Shown here in pieces: positions 19,764 to 30,917 of a stretch of 64,000 bases of DNA (position 1 is its first letter; each line of letters opens with the position of its first letter). Source of the DNA: a bacterium (GTDB lineage Bacteria; UBA8248); NCBI GenBank assembly GCA_965261085.1, contig OZ253442.1, forward strand, positions 2,944,001 through 3,008,000. The letters run 5' to 3'. A program made the position numbers and the translations under genes. The notes beneath the pieces were generated by a model. It did no database searches, had not been told where the DNA came from, and saw nothing but the letters and a program-made list of their open reading frames with translations.

Positions 19764-22325
19764 ATGAACGACAAAAAAAACCCGAACAAAGCGGCCTCGA
19801 AGCGCTCTACAGCCAAGGGTAAAACCCGCAAAAGCGCCTCTCGCGGCGCGCGAACCGGAAAATCCGCGTCTAAACTCCTCATCGTGGAGTCGCCGACGAA
19901 AGTGCGCACCATCCAGAAATTCCTGGGCTCTGATTTCGACATCCTCGCATCGCGAGGCCATGTGCGGGATTTGCAAAAAACGGGCGAGCGGAAAATGGGA
20001 ATCGACGTTCACAACGATTTCAAGGCCGATTACGGCGTAATTCAGGGGAAATCCAAAACCATAGATCAGTTGCGCAAGGCGGCTACGGCGGCGAAAGAGA
20101 TTTATCTCGCCCCCGACCCGGACCGCGAGGGTGAGGCCATTGCCTGGCATATTCAGGAACTCCTCGGGGGTTCTGATGCCGAAAACGAATTCTACCGGGT
20201 GACGTTCAACGAGATCACGAAGCGCGCGGTGCAGGAAGCGCTCTTGAAACCCGGGCGAATCGATCAGAAAAAAGTAGACGCGCAGGAAACCCGCAGAAAG
20301 CTGGACAGAATCGTGGGCTTCAAGCTCTCAGGCGAAATACTCTGGAACAAGGTCGCATTCGGTCTCAGCGCGGGCCGGGTGCAGTCCGTCGCGCTTAAAC
20401 TGATATGCGAGCGCGAAGACGCCATAGAGGCCTTTGAGCCGAAAGAATACTGGAGCATCACGGCGCATCTGGAAAAAGCAGGCTTTGATCCTCGTTTTGA
20501 AGCCAAACTGCACCGAATCGACGGAAAAGAAGCGGAAGTTCCGGATGAATCCAGGGCGATGGAACTGGCGGGGAAAATAACATCCAGCGCTTTGAGGGTT
20601 TCCAGGGTAGAGAAAAAAGAGCGTCGGCGCAGACCGTCCGCTCCTTTCATCACCAGCACCCTTCAGCAAGAGAGTTCCAGCAAACTGCGCTATGGCGCCA
20701 AAAAGACCATGAGCATTGCGCAGTCATTGTACGAGGGGGTGAATTTAGGGCGGGAAGCGGGAAACGTCGGCCTCATCACTTACATGCGGACGGATTCCGT
20801 GCGCCTGGCGCCGGAGTCCATCGCCGCAGCCCGCACTTATATCGAGACGAATTACGGCCAAGACCACCTTCCCCGGAAACCCAATATTTTCAAGACAAGA
20901 GAGACGGCCCAGGACGCGCACGAGGCGATCCGGCCCACCGACGTGCGCCTCACGCCCGATAAGGTGCGGGCGTTCCTGAAGCCTGAACAATTTTCCCTCT
21001 ACAGCCTCATCTGGCGGCGGTTCCTCGCAAGCCAGATGGCGCCGGCCGTCTATGACCAGACGAGTGTGGACATCACCCCCTACCACCAGACGGTGAACAT
21101 AGCGGACAAAGAAGAACTCCTCCTCAGGGCGAGCGGTTCTATCTTGAAATTCAAGGGGTTCCTTAGTGTCTACCAGAACGCCACCGAATCCCGGGGCGAT
21201 GCGGAGGACGCGAAAGCCAGGCCGTCAAATTCCGAGCAGGACAGGCTCCTGCCGCCTCTGGAAGACGGCGACCCTCTATCGCTCGTGAAATCCGAATCCG
21301 CGCCCACCGGCGTCGCGCCCGAGCAACACTTCACCCAGCCTCCGCCGCGTTATACGGAAGCATCTTTGGTGAAGGAACTCGAAGAAGACGGCGTCGGTCG
21401 TCCGAGCACCTATGCGAGCATCCTCGACACTTTAGAGAAGCGCAAATACGTCACCATCGAAAGAAAGCGCAGACAGTTCACGCCCTCCTCTCTCGGTCGG
21501 GAGGTGAACCGTCTCCTCACCCAGGGCTTTCCAGACCAGATCGACGTGGGCTTTACGGCGAAAATGGAAAAATATCTCGACGACATCGAGAACGGGACGA
21601 CGCCGTGGCTACCCGTGATGAAAGATTTTTATGACAATTTCGACAAGAAAATTCAGCTCGCCAAAAAAGAACTGCCGAATCTCAAGACAAAAGAAGAGCC
21701 CATCGGCAGAAATTGCCCTGAATGCGAGAGTGAACTGGTGAAAAAATTCAGCAAGAATGGCTGGTTCATCTCCTGTTCGGGATACCCGGGCTGCCGTTAT
21801 TCGGAGAGCATCCCCACCGAGAATGAGCCCGATCCGGAAGCAGCGGAAGAGATGGCCCGCATCGAGGAAATCGCCCAGCCCTGCGAGGAGTGCGGCGCGC
21901 CCATGCAGGCGAAGCGCGGGCCTTTTGGAATATATCTGTCCTGTACGGCATACCCGAACGAGCACAAGAAAAGAAAAGCGCTCGGCAATGGACAATCGCC
22001 CGCTGCTCCCAAGTCGACCGGCGTGAGTTGCCCCCGTGAGGGCTGTGATGGGGAGTTCGTCGAGCGGCGCTCCCGCCGCACCGGAAAGCCATTTTACGGA
22101 TGCAATCGCTTCCCGGCGTGCAAGACCGTAGCATGGGACTGGCCCGTGCCACAGCCCTGTCCTTCCTGCGCGCATCCCATCCTCACCATCAAGACGACCA
22201 AGAAAAACGGCAACCAGCTCGTTTGTCCCCAAAAAGAATGCGGGCATGCGGTAGAATGTCCTCCTGAGCTCGTCGAGCGGATGGAAGCCTCGAAAACCAC
22301 TCCTGCCCAGGAGGTCACGACTTGA
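19764..22325 (+). CDS. topA: DNA topoisomerase I
   Basis: LLIVESPTK, GHVRDL, APDPDREGEAIAWH, SAGRVQS, GLITYMRTDS, C-terminal zinc ribbons. Confidence 0.97.
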   Translation: MNDKKNPNKAASKRSTAKGKTRKSASRGARTGKSASKLLIVESPTKVRTIQKFLGSDFDILASRGHVRDLQKTGERKMGIDVHNDFKADYGVIQGKSKTIDQLRKAATAAKEIYLAPDPDREGEAIAWHIQELLGGSDAENEFYRVTFNEITKRAVQEALLKPGRIDQKKVDAQETRRKLDRIVGFKLSGEILWNKVAFGLSAGRVQSVALKLICEREDAIEAFEPKEYWSITAHLEKAGFDPRFEAKLHRIDGKEAEVPDESRAMELAGKITSSALRVSRVEKKERRRRPSAPFITSTLQQESSSKLRYGAKKTMSIAQSLYEGVNLGREAGNVGLITYMRTDSVRLAPESIAAARTYIETNYGQDHLPRKPNIFKTRETAQDAHEAIRPTDVRLTPDKVRAFLKPEQFSLYSLIWRRFLASQMAPAVYDQTSVDITPYHQTVNIADKEELLLRASGSILKFKGFLSVYQNATESRGDAEDAKARPSNSEQDRLLPPLEDGDPLSLVKSESAPTGVAPEQHFTQPPPRYTEASLVKELEEDGVGRPSTYASILDTLEKRKYVTIERKRRQFTPSSLGREVNRLLTQGFPDQIDVGFTAKMEKYLDDIENGTTPWLPVMKDFYDNFDKKIQLAKKELPNLKTKEEPIGRNCPECESELVKKFSKNGWFISCSGYPGCRYSESIPTENEPDPEAAEEMARIEEIAQPCEECGAPMQAKRGPFGIYLSCTAYPNEHKKRKALGNGQSPAAPKSTGVSCPREGCDGEFVERRSRRTGKPFYGCNRFPACKTVAWDWPVPQPCPSCAHPILTIKTTKKNGNQLVCPQKECGHAVECPPELVERMEASKTTPAQEVTT

Positions 22326-23656
22326 GCGAGAGACTGCGGATAATCGGCGGAGGTCTCGCCGGCTGTGAAGCCGCCTGGCAGGCGGCCAAGCGGGGCGTAC
22401 AGGTCGACCTCTACGAGATGCGTCCTCACAAGAAAACGCCCGCCCATGAAACCAGCGGGTTGGCCGAGCTCGTCTGCTCGAATTCTTTTCGCTCGAATTC
22501 CATCGAAAACGCCTCGGGCCTGCTGAAAGAAGAAATGCGTAAGTTCGATTCGCTCATCCTGCGGGGTGCGGATTCCTGCCGGGTTCCCGCAGGGCTGGCG
22601 CTGGCGGTGGATCGCTCGTCTTTCAGCAAGACCATCACCGAAACAATCGAAAACGATCCGCGAATCACCATTCACAGGGAAGAAATCCGGGATTTGGAGG
22701 AGAAAACCCCCACCATCGTCGCCACCGGCCCGCTCACGAGCGATTCTCTTTCCGCCGAAATCGCCCGCCTGACGCAAGGCAAGTATCTGTATTTCTATGA
22801 CGCCATTTCACCCATTCTACATGCGGACAGCATCGACATGTCGATGGCGTTCACGGCCTCGCGCTACGGAAAGGGCAACGAAGAAGGCGGCGAGGGCGAC
22901 TACCTCAACCTGGGACTCAACGAATCGCAGTATTACCAATTCGTCGAGGTTCTTCTCGGCGGCGAGAAAATCCCCCTTCGCGAATTCGAGCGCGCGATTT
23001 ATTTCGAGGGCTGCCTGCCTCTCGAAGAAATGGCCGCTCGCGGAAAAGACACGATGGCGTTCGGGCCGATGAAGCCCGTAGGCCTCGAGCATCCCGAAAC
23101 GGGAGAGACCTACTGCGCGGTCGCTCAACTCAGGCGCGAGGATTTGACGGGAGACTACTTCTCCATGGTGGGTTTTCAGACCAGGCTGCGCTATCCGGAG
23201 CAAAAGCGCATCTTCTCGACGCTACCGGCTCTCGAGAAAGCGCGTTTTTTGCGCTACGGAAGCCTGCACCGAAATACCTACATCAATGCGCCGCGCCTGC
23301 TGCGGATTACCTTGCAACTCAAGCGTCACCCGCATATTTTCATGGCGGGCCAGCTCACAGGCGTCGAGGGATACCTCGAATCGGCCGCCATCGGCCTTAT
23401 CGCCGGAATCAACGCGGCCGCCGCCATCCAGGGGGAACCCATCACCCCCCCACCCGCAACGACGGCGCTCGGCGCTTTGAATCGCTACATCATCGAAGCG
23501 AATCCGAGAAATTTCCAGCCCATGAACATCAACTTCGGCCTCTTCCCGCCCCTGGAAAAGCGCGTTCCCAAAAGATTCAGGAAAAAGCACGTCACCAATC
23601 GCGCTATCGAGGATTTGGAGCAATGGCGAAACAAACTCGCCTCACAAACAGCCTGA
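22322..23656 (+). CDS. trmFO: Folate/FAD-dependent tRNA m5U54 methyltransferase
   Basis: IGGGLAGCEAAW, AELVCSNSF, FGPMKPVGL, AGQLTGVEGYLES, FQPMNINFGL. Confidence 0.96.
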   Translation: MSERLRIIGGGLAGCEAAWQAAKRGVQVDLYEMRPHKKTPAHETSGLAELVCSNSFRSNSIENASGLLKEEMRKFDSLILRGADSCRVPAGLALAVDRSSFSKTITETIENDPRITIHREEIRDLEEKTPTIVATGPLTSDSLSAEIARLTQGKYLYFYDAISPILHADSIDMSMAFTASRYGKGNEEGGEGDYLNLGLNESQYYQFVEVLLGGEKIPLREFERAIYFEGCLPLEEMAARGKDTMAFGPMKPVGLEHPETGETYCAVAQLRREDLTGDYFSMVGFQTRLRYPEQKRIFSTLPALEKARFLRYGSLHRNTYINAPRLLRITLQLKRHPHIFMAGQLTGVEGYLESAAIGLIAGINAAAAIQGEPITPPPATTALGALNRYIIEANPRNFQPMNINFGLFPPLEKRVPKRFRKKHVTNRAIEDLEQWRNKLASQTA

Positions 23657-24582
23657 GCGAGGCTCGGGAACTCTTTGAGGCCCATCTGCGCGATGAGCGC
23701 GACAGTTCGGAACACACGGTTCGCGCATACGCGGCGGACCTGAAAGACTTCGATGAGTTTCTCACCGATTGGGCGCAACAGCCGGTTCCACTCGACGAAA
23801 TCGATTCCTTGGCCATTCGTGGCTATCTCGGCTTTCTGTACCGCAAGGGAGTATCTTCGACGACCGTGAACCGGCATTTGTCGAGCATACGCAGCCTCTT
23901 TCGTTTTTTAAGGCGAGAGGGACTCCCTTTGGCCGACCCGGCGGGGGAAGTGCCCTCCCCCAAAGAAAAAAGGCCCTTGCCGACCTTCCTGCCCGTCGAT
24001 GACGCGGTTCGCCTCATGGAGATGCCCGACACCTCGACCCCCGAAGGCGTCAGGGACAAAGCGATATTCGAGCTTCTTTACGGGTCCGGTTTGAGAGTAA
24101 GCGAATTAACAGGACTTAACTATGCTGATTTGGACATGGCGGAAAGACTCATCCGCGTTCGCGGAAAAGGAAGGAAAGAGAGAATCGTGCCCATCACCAA
24201 AGCGGCGGCCAAAGCCGTAGCCGGCCATCTTGCACATATGGAAATAACCCCGCTAGAGGATTCGCCTCTTTTCATCAACAAGCGGGAAAAGAGAATTTCT
24301 CCGGCCTTCGTGCGCTCCATCTTCCGCGCGTATGAAAAAAAAGGCGGTTTCAGCTATCATTTCACCCCTCATGCCCTTCGCCATTCGGCGGCGACGCATT
24401 TACTTGAGAGCCAGGAGGCCGACCTGAGATCGATTCAGGAACTTTTAGGGCACGCGAGCCTATCCACGACACAAAGATACACGCAGGTGGATTTTTCCCA
24501 CTTGCGCGCCGTGTATGACGATGCGCACCCCAGGGCAAAGATGAACACGCAAACGAGGATGACCGATGACGACGCCAGGTGA
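23623..24582 (+). CDS. xerC: Tyrosine recombinase XerC
   Basis: [48 protein letters not shown]; lies between trmFO and hslV; exact start uncertain. Confidence 0.9.
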   Translation: MAKQTRLTNSLSEARELFEAHLRDERDSSEHTVRAYAADLKDFDEFLTDWAQQPVPLDEIDSLAIRGYLGFLYRKGVSSTTVNRHLSSIRSLFRFLRREGLPLADPAGEVPSPKEKRPLPTFLPVDDAVRLMEMPDTSTPEGVRDKAIFELLYGSGLRVSELTGLNYADLDMAERLIRVRGKGRKERIVPITKAAAKAVAGHLAHMEITPLEDSPLFINKREKRISPAFVRSIFRAYEKKGGFSYHFTPHALRHSAATHLLESQEADLRSIQELLGHASLSTTQRYTQVDFSHLRAVYDDAHPRAKMNTQTRMTDDDAR

Positions 24583-25114
24583 AATCATTCGCTCCACCAC
24601 GATTCTCGCGCTGCGGTATAAAGGACAAACAGCCCTGGGCGGAGACGGCCAAGTCACCATGGGAGACGCGGCTGTGAAACACGGGGCCGTGAAAATCCGC
24701 AGGCTCGGCAACGGAAAAGTGCTCGCCGGCTTTGCGGGTTCGGCTTCTGACGCCATCGCCCTGTTCGAGCGATTCGAGGGTAAACTCGAGGAATACCGGG
24801 GAAATCTCTCGCGCGCCGCCGTGGAGATGGGCAAGGACTGGAGAACGGACAGGGTCCTGCGCCGCCTCGAAGCCCTCCTGGCGGTGGCGAATGAGGAAAC
24901 CTCTCTCATTCTCTCGGGCACGGGCGACATCATCGAGCCTGATGACGGCGTACTCGGAATCGGCAGCGGGGGTTCGATGGCCATCGCCGCCGCGCGAGGC
25001 ATGCTGGGTCTGGAGCCCGAACTCGGCGCCGAAGAAATCGTACGAAAATCTCTGGAAATCGCAGCGGACATTTGCATCTACACCAACAAGAACATTTCAG
25101 TGGAAGTGCTTTGA
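24566..25114 (+). CDS. hslV: ATP-dependent protease peptidase subunit HslV
   Basis: [44 protein letters not shown]. Confidence 0.96.
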   Translation: MTTPGEIIRSTTILALRYKGQTALGGDGQVTMGDAAVKHGAVKIRRLGNGKVLAGFAGSASDAIALFERFEGKLEEYRGNLSRAAVEMGKDWRTDRVLRRLEALLAVANEETSLILSGTGDIIEPDDGVLGIGSGGSMAIAAARGMLGLEPELGAEEIVRKSLEIAADICIYTNKNISVEVL

Positions 25115-26472
25115 TGGAAAATCTCACACCCGTACGAATCGTCGAGGAACTCGACCGCTACGTCATCGGCCAACATGACGCCAAAAGAGCGGTGGCGATT
25201 GCGCTCAGAAACCGCTGGCGCAGACAACAACTGCCGCCCGAGATGGCGGATGACGTGGCGCCCAAGAACATCATCATGATAGGCCCCACCGGCGTAGGGA
25301 AGACCGAGATCGCAAGACGCCTGGCCAAGCTCACGAAAAGCCCCTTCATCAAGGTCGAGGCCAGCAAATTCACCGAGGTCGGCTATGTCGGCCGCGACGT
25401 GGAGAGCATGATTCGAGACCTCGTCGAACTGGCGCGAAACATCGTTCAGGAAGAACAGCGCGAGATAAACAAGGCCAAAGCCCAGGAGCTGGCGGAAGAG
25501 CGTCTCCTGGACATGCTTTTGCCGCATCCCCCCGGATTCGGCGCGATGGACGAACGCGGCCAATCCAAGGACCCGCTCGGCGAGGAAAGCTACCAGCGTA
25601 CGCGGGAAAAATTTCGCTCCCTGTTGTTCGAGGGCAAACTAGACGATCGGGAAGTGGATCTGGAAGTGGCGGACAAAGGCCCCGAAATTCACTTAATGGG
25701 CGGGAACGACCTGGAGCAAATGGGCATCAACATGAAGGAAATCATGGGAAACTTCATGCCCCAGGGCTCCAAGAGCAGGCGCATGAAGGTGCCGGAAGCC
25801 TTTGCATTCCTCGCCCAGGAGGAGGCGGACAAACTCATCGACCCCGACAGCCTGAACGCAGAGGCGATTGAACGCACCGAGCAATCCGGCATCGTGTTTC
25901 TCGATGAAATCGACAAGGTAGCCTCTCAAAACAACGGACGCGGCGGCCCCGACGTCTCGCGCGAAGGCGTGCAAAGAGACCTGCTTCCCATCGTGGAGGG
26001 CTCCACCGTACAGACCAAGTATGGGCCCGTGAAAACGGACCATGTCCTGTTCATTGCGGCGGGAGCGTTCCACATCGCCAAACCATCGGACCTTCTGCCC
26101 GAGTTGCAGGGTCGGTTCCCCATCCGCGTGGAATTGAACTCCCTGGACCGGGGTGATTTCATTCGCATACTCCAGGAGCCAGAGAACGCGCTGGTGCGGC
26201 AATACCCCGCTCTTCTGGCGACTGAGGGCGTTACCATTACTTTCGAGAAAGACGCCATCCTGGAAGTGGCCAATTTCGCCTTCCGCATCAATGAGCAGAC
26301 CGAGAACATCGGCGCCAGAAGGCTCCACACCATCATGGAGCGGCTCCTCGAGGATATTTCTTTCCGGGCGCCGGAGATGTCCGGGGAAAGCGTGAAGATC
26401 GACGCCGCCTATGTGCGCGAACGCCTTGCCGATATCGTCGAAGATATTGACTTAAGCCGTTATATTCTCTAA
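25114..26472 (+). CDS. hslU: ATP-dependent protease ATPase subunit HslU
   Basis: [54 protein letters not shown]-terminal LSRYIL. Confidence 0.97.
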   Translation: MENLTPVRIVEELDRYVIGQHDAKRAVAIALRNRWRRQQLPPEMADDVAPKNIIMIGPTGVGKTEIARRLAKLTKSPFIKVEASKFTEVGYVGRDVESMIRDLVELARNIVQEEQREINKAKAQELAEERLLDMLLPHPPGFGAMDERGQSKDPLGEESYQRTREKFRSLLFEGKLDDREVDLEVADKGPEIHLMGGNDLEQMGINMKEIMGNFMPQGSKSRRMKVPEAFAFLAQEEADKLIDPDSLNAEAIERTEQSGIVFLDEIDKVASQNNGRGGPDVSREGVQRDLLPIVEGSTVQTKYGPVKTDHVLFIAAGAFHIAKPSDLLPELQGRFPIRVELNSLDRGDFIRILQEPENALVRQYPALLATEGVTITFEKDAILEVANFAFRINEQTENIGARRLHTIMERLLEDISFRAPEMSGESVKIDAAYVRERLADIVEDIDLSRYIL

Positions 26473-26575
26473 ACCTTCTCTCCCTCCCCCTTGGCTCGAA
26501 ACCGCAGGGGAGTGTATATTTCTCGACTTGTGACGAGAAACCCGTACTTTTTTCTTTCTTTTTGAAGGTTTTCGC

Positions 26576-27451
26576 ATGGAAGCGAGAGACAGGGCGGCGA
26601 CACTGGTTGAGGCGCTGCCCTATATCCAACAGTTTACGGGCAAGACCATCGTCGTCAAATACGGCGGAGCCGCCCAGGTGCAGCCGGAGCTTCACGCCCC
26701 GTTCGCCCAGGATATCGTGCTTCTCAAGTATGTGGGAATCAACGTGGTCGTCGTCCACGGCGGCGGCCCCCAAATCGGCGAGACCCTCAAGAAAATCGGC
26801 AAGACCAGCGAGTTCATCGAAGGACTCCGGGTGACGGACGAGGAAACCGTCGGGGTGGTGGAAATGGTGCTTTCCGGCGCCACGAACAAGAGCATCGTGA
26901 GGCTCATCAACCGGCACGGGGGAAACGCCGTGGGCCTTTCCGGCTCGGACGCCGGCCTTACGACGGCGAAGAAATTGATCATGAGCAGAAAAGGACCGGA
27001 GGGAGAAGACGTGGAGTATGACTTGGGGCGCGTCGGCGAGGTCCTGGCCATACAACCCGACATCATCCACCACCTCACCGATGGCGGGTTCATTCCCGTC
27101 ATCGCTCCTCTGGGCGTGGGCCAAGACGGCAACGTCTACAACATCAACGCCGATTCGGCGGCCGGCGCCATCGCCGGGGCGCTTCACGCGGAAAAATTCA
27201 TTCTCCTGACAGACGTGCCCGGCATTCTGGATGAAAGCGAAAACCTCATCAGCACCGTGAAGCGCGATGAGGTGCAGCGACTCAAAGACGAGAAAATCGT
27301 CACCGGCGGGATGATTCCGAAAGTAGACGCGTGCCTGGACGCTCTCTCATCGAACGTCACGAAAACCCACATCGTGGACGGCAGGGTTCCTCACGCGGTT
27401 TTACTCGAAGTGTTCACGAAAGAAGGCGTGGGCACGCAAATCGTCAGATAG
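26576..27451 (+). CDS. argB: Acetylglutamate kinase
   Basis: EALPYI, VVKYGG, VVHGGGPQI, YNINAD, GGMIPKV. Confidence 0.96.
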   Translation: MEARDRAATLVEALPYIQQFTGKTIVVKYGGAAQVQPELHAPFAQDIVLLKYVGINVVVVHGGGPQIGETLKKIGKTSEFIEGLRVTDEETVGVVEMVLSGATNKSIVRLINRHGGNAVGLSGSDAGLTTAKKLIMSRKGPEGEDVEYDLGRVGEVLAIQPDIIHHLTDGGFIPVIAPLGVGQDGNVYNINADSAAGAIAGALHAEKFILLTDVPGILDESENLISTVKRDEVQRLKDEKIVTGGMIPKVDACLDALSSNVTKTHIVDGRVPHAVLLEVFTKEGVGTQIVR

Positions 27452-27470
27452 CTTCTTTTTGGGGAAAAGC

Positions 27471-28664
27471 ATGGACAATTCCACACTGATCTCGGACGCT
27501 GAACAACACGTCGCACCCACCTACGGGCGTTACCCCATCGCTTTGGTCCGTGGCGAGGGATGCCGTGTCTGGGATGCGGACGGAAAAGAATATCTCGATT
27601 TCGTATCCGGCCTGGCCGTCTGCAACCTCGGGCATTGCCATCCAGACGTGGTGGCCGCCATCAGGGAACAGGCCGGAAAGCTGATCCACGTCTCGAACCT
27701 CTACCATATCGAGCCCCAGATCGAGTTGGCGAAAAGGCTCAACCGGCTCTCTTTCGGTGATAAGGCGTTTTTCTGCAACAGCGGCACGGAAGCCGTCGAA
27801 GCGGCTCTCAAACTCGCCAGAAAGTATTCGTATAAAAAATACGGGGAAGGCCGCCACGAGATACTGAGTTTCGACATGAGCTTCCACGGCCGCACCATGG
27901 CGTCGCTCTCCGCCACGGGCCAGACGAAGTTTCACGGGGCGTTCAAGCCGCTGCTGCCCGGTTTTCGCTACGTGCCCTTCGGCGACGTGGAGTCCGTAGC
28001 CGCCGCGGTTTCGGAGCAAACCTGCGCCATCATGGTGGAACCCATACAGGGCGAAGGCGGCGTGAACGTGCCGCCCGAGGGCTATCTGAAGGGCCTGCGC
28101 GAGATTTGCGACGCGAACGACCTGCTCCTGTTATTTGATGAGGTGCAGGTCGGCCTCGGCAGAACGGGAAAACTCTGGGCGTATGAGCACGAGGGCGTGG
28201 CGCCCGACGCCATGAGCCTCGCAAAAGCTCTGGCGGGCGGGACCGCCATCGGCGCGCTGGTCGCCTCGGACAAGGCCATGGCGTTCGAGCCGGGCGATCA
28301 TGCGGCGACGTTCGGGGGCAACCCCCTGGCCACCGCCGCTGGGTGCGCCGCGATGGACGCCATCACCGCGCCCGGATTCCTCGAGCACGTGCAGGAGATG
28401 GGGGCATACGCCACCGCAAGACTCGAGGATTTGGCGACGCGACACGCCATTATCAAGGACATCAGGGGCAAGGGGCTGATCATCGGCTGCGAGGTGGACG
28501 TGGACGCAACCTCCATCGTCACGAAGGGGCTGGAAGCGGGCTTTTTGCTGAACGTGGCCGTCCAGAAGGTTATTCGGCTCATCCCTCCCCTGGTCGTGGA
28601 AAAAGAGATGATCGACAAGCTGATGAATTTTCTGGATGAAGCCCTCGCGGACCTGGTGAAATGA
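27471..28664 (+). CDS. argD: Acetylornithine aminotransferase
   Basis: FFCNSGTEA, SFHGRT, EPIQGEGG, DEVQVGLGRTG, LAKALAGG; arg operon context. Confidence 0.93.
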   Translation: MDNSTLISDAEQHVAPTYGRYPIALVRGEGCRVWDADGKEYLDFVSGLAVCNLGHCHPDVVAAIREQAGKLIHVSNLYHIEPQIELAKRLNRLSFGDKAFFCNSGTEAVEAALKLARKYSYKKYGEGRHEILSFDMSFHGRTMASLSATGQTKFHGAFKPLLPGFRYVPFGDVESVAAAVSEQTCAIMVEPIQGEGGVNVPPEGYLKGLREICDANDLLLLFDEVQVGLGRTGKLWAYEHEGVAPDAMSLAKALAGGTAIGALVASDKAMAFEPGDHAATFGGNPLATAAGCAAMDAITAPGFLEHVQEMGAYATARLEDLATRHAIIKDIRGKGLIIGCEVDVDATSIVTKGLEAGFLLNVAVQKVIRLIPPLVVEKEMIDKLMNFLDEALADLVK

Positions 28665-29599
28665 ATAAGCTGGACTACCTCACCGGCGAGGAGCTGAGCG
28701 CCGCGCAAACCCTCGAACTCATCGAAGAGGCGCTCGTCCAGAAAAAAGAAACCGCCGAGGGGAAACTCCGCACCACCCTGGCGGGAAAGAACTTTGCGCT
28801 TCTTTTCGAAAAACACTCCACCAGAACGAGGGTTTCTTTCGAGGCGGGTCTCTCTCAATTGGGCGCGAACGCCATTTTCCTGGCGCCGAACGACACCCAG
28901 ATCGCCCGGGGGGAAACCCCCGCGGACAGCGCAAAGGTGCTGAGCGAATATGTGGACGGCATCATCGTCAGAACATACGCGCACGTACGCGTGGAGGAAA
29001 TCGCCGCGAATGCGAGCGTCCCCGTCATCAACGGGTTGACGGATTTACACCACCCCTGTCAGGCCCTCGCCGATTTTCTCACGATGCGAGAGCACTACGG
29101 CACGCTGGAGAACCTGAAGCTCGCTTACCTGGGTGATGGGAACAACGTGCTGCATTCATTGCTGATCGTGGGCGCGTTAATCGGTGTCGATATCAGCGCG
29201 GCGTGTCCGAAAGGGTACTGGCCGGACTCCAAAATTCTGGAGCAGGCTCAAAACTCGGCGCAAGAATCGAACGCGCAAATCAAGATTACCGAGGACGTGG
29301 AAGAGGCATGCGCTGGAGCCGACGCCGTTTATACGGACGTGTGGACTTCCATGGGCCAGGAAGAGGAGAACGAGCGTCGCCAGAAAGATCTGGCCCCATA
29401 TCAGGTGAACGAAGAAGTCTTTCGAAATGCGAATAAAGACGCCGTTTTCATGCACTGCCTCCCCGCGCACAGGGGGGAAGAAGTGACGGCGGATGTTATG
29501 GACGGTCCGAGGAGCGTCGTTTTCACGCAGACAGGGAATCGACTCCACGCTCAGAAGATTCTCCTTCAAATTCTAGCCGGAGGAAGTGATGGCGCATAA
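28661..29599 (+). CDS. argF: Ornithine carbamoyltransferase
   Basis: [29 protein letters not shown]. Confidence 0.96.
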   Translation: MNKLDYLTGEELSAAQTLELIEEALVQKKETAEGKLRTTLAGKNFALLFEKHSTRTRVSFEAGLSQLGANAIFLAPNDTQIARGETPADSAKVLSEYVDGIIVRTYAHVRVEEIAANASVPVINGLTDLHHPCQALADFLTMREHYGTLENLKLAYLGDGNNVLHSLLIVGALIGVDISAACPKGYWPDSKILEQAQNSAQESNAQIKITEDVEEACAGADAVYTDVWTSMGQEEENERRQKDLAPYQVNEEVFRNANKDAVFMHCLPAHRGEEVTADVMDGPRSVVFTQTGNRLHAQKILLQILAGGSDGA

Positions 29600-30803
29600 G
29601 CCGAGCAGGGTCGTCCTCGCCTACTCAGGGGGCTTGGACACCTCAGTCATGCTCAAGTGGATTAAAGAACAATATGAGTGCCCCGTCGTGGCCTATGCGG
29701 CGGACGTCGGCCAGGGCGCCGGCGAACTCGACGGTTTGGAGGAAAAGGCGTTGGCCACGGGCGCCGAGTCCTGCCACATCCTGGATTTAAGAGAAGAATT
29801 CGCGCGCGATTACATCTTCCCCATGCTTCGCGCGGGCGCAGTTTATGAAGGCGCGTATCTGCTGGGGACGTCCATCGCCCGGCCCCTCATCGCGAAGGGC
29901 CACATGGACGTGCTCAAAAAAACGGGGGGCGACGCCGTCGCCCACGGCGCGACAGGCAAGGGAAACGACCAGGTGCGCTTCGAATTGACCTACGCTTCGA
30001 TCGACCCGGACGTCACCATCATCGCGCCCTGGCGCGACTGGGATTTCGGGGGGCGCTCCCATCTCATCGCCTATGCCGAAAGACACGGCATACCGATACC
30101 CGTCACGGCGGAAAAACCCTATTCGATGGACAGGAACCTCCTGCACATCAGCTTCGAGGGCGGCGTTCTGGAAGACCCCTGGGCGGAGCCGCCTGCGGAT
30201 ATGTACGTCTTGAGCGTATCGCCCGAAAAAGCGCCCGATATACCCGAATACGTCGAAATCGAATTCGAGGAGGGCGATCCCGTGGCCCTGAACGGGGAAC
30301 CCCTATCACCGGTCGCCATGATGGAGCAACTAAACGCCCTGGCGGGCGCGCATGGCGTAGGCCGGGTGGATCTGGTGGAAAACCGCTTCGTGGGCATGAA
30401 GAGCAGAGGGGTGTACGAGACGCCCGCGGGCACGGTTCTGCACGCGGCGCGCCGTGCCGTGGAATCCCTCACGATGGACAGGGAAGTCATGCAACTGCGC
30501 GATTCCTTGATCCCTAAATACGCGCAACTCGTCTACAACGGTTTCTGGTTCGCGCCCGAGCGGGAATTTTTACAATCAGCCATCGATCACGCGGCGGAAT
30601 CGGTCTGCGGCTCCGCCAGGGTGAAACTCTACAAAGGCGCTTGCAGCGTCGTGGGAAGAAAAGCGCCCGAAAACATGACCCTCTACCGTCCCGACCTCGC
30701 CACCTTCGAGGAAGATGAGGTATATTCCCAAAAAGACGCCGAAGGATTCATCCGCCTGAACGCTTTAAGGCTGCGGGTGAGAGCTCAACGCGATTCTGAA
30801 TGA
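29589..30803 (+). CDS. argG: Argininosuccinate synthase
   Basis: [35 protein letters not shown]. Confidence 0.97.
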   Translation: MAHKPSRVVLAYSGGLDTSVMLKWIKEQYECPVVAYAADVGQGAGELDGLEEKALATGAESCHILDLREEFARDYIFPMLRAGAVYEGAYLLGTSIARPLIAKGHMDVLKKTGGDAVAHGATGKGNDQVRFELTYASIDPDVTIIAPWRDWDFGGRSHLIAYAERHGIPIPVTAEKPYSMDRNLLHISFEGGVLEDPWAEPPADMYVLSVSPEKAPDIPEYVEIEFEEGDPVALNGEPLSPVAMMEQLNALAGAHGVGRVDLVENRFVGMKSRGVYETPAGTVLHAARRAVESLTMDREVMQLRDSLIPKYAQLVYNGFWFAPEREFLQSAIDHAAESVCGSARVKLYKGACSVVGRKAPENMTLYRPDLATFEEDEVYSQKDAEGFIRLNALRLRVRAQRDSE

Positions 30804-30917
30804 GATTTACGGAAGTCACGCCATAAATCGGCAGGAAATCTTCTCTGAATCAGGATTCTACAACGAAAATTTCACGAGTCGGGCGATGATGAACAACTGT
30901 CCTCTTCCCGGATATTG

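Noticed and set aside
23623-24582. Tyrosine recombinase as a mobile-element integrase
   Set aside because: It sits in the conserved topA-trmFO-xerC-hslVU context with no cargo or att sites; I did not recognise a dif site in the window.
24566-24600. N-terminal extension before the catalytic Thr of HslV
   Set aside because: Short leaders before TTI are common in HslV/ClpQ outside enterobacteria.
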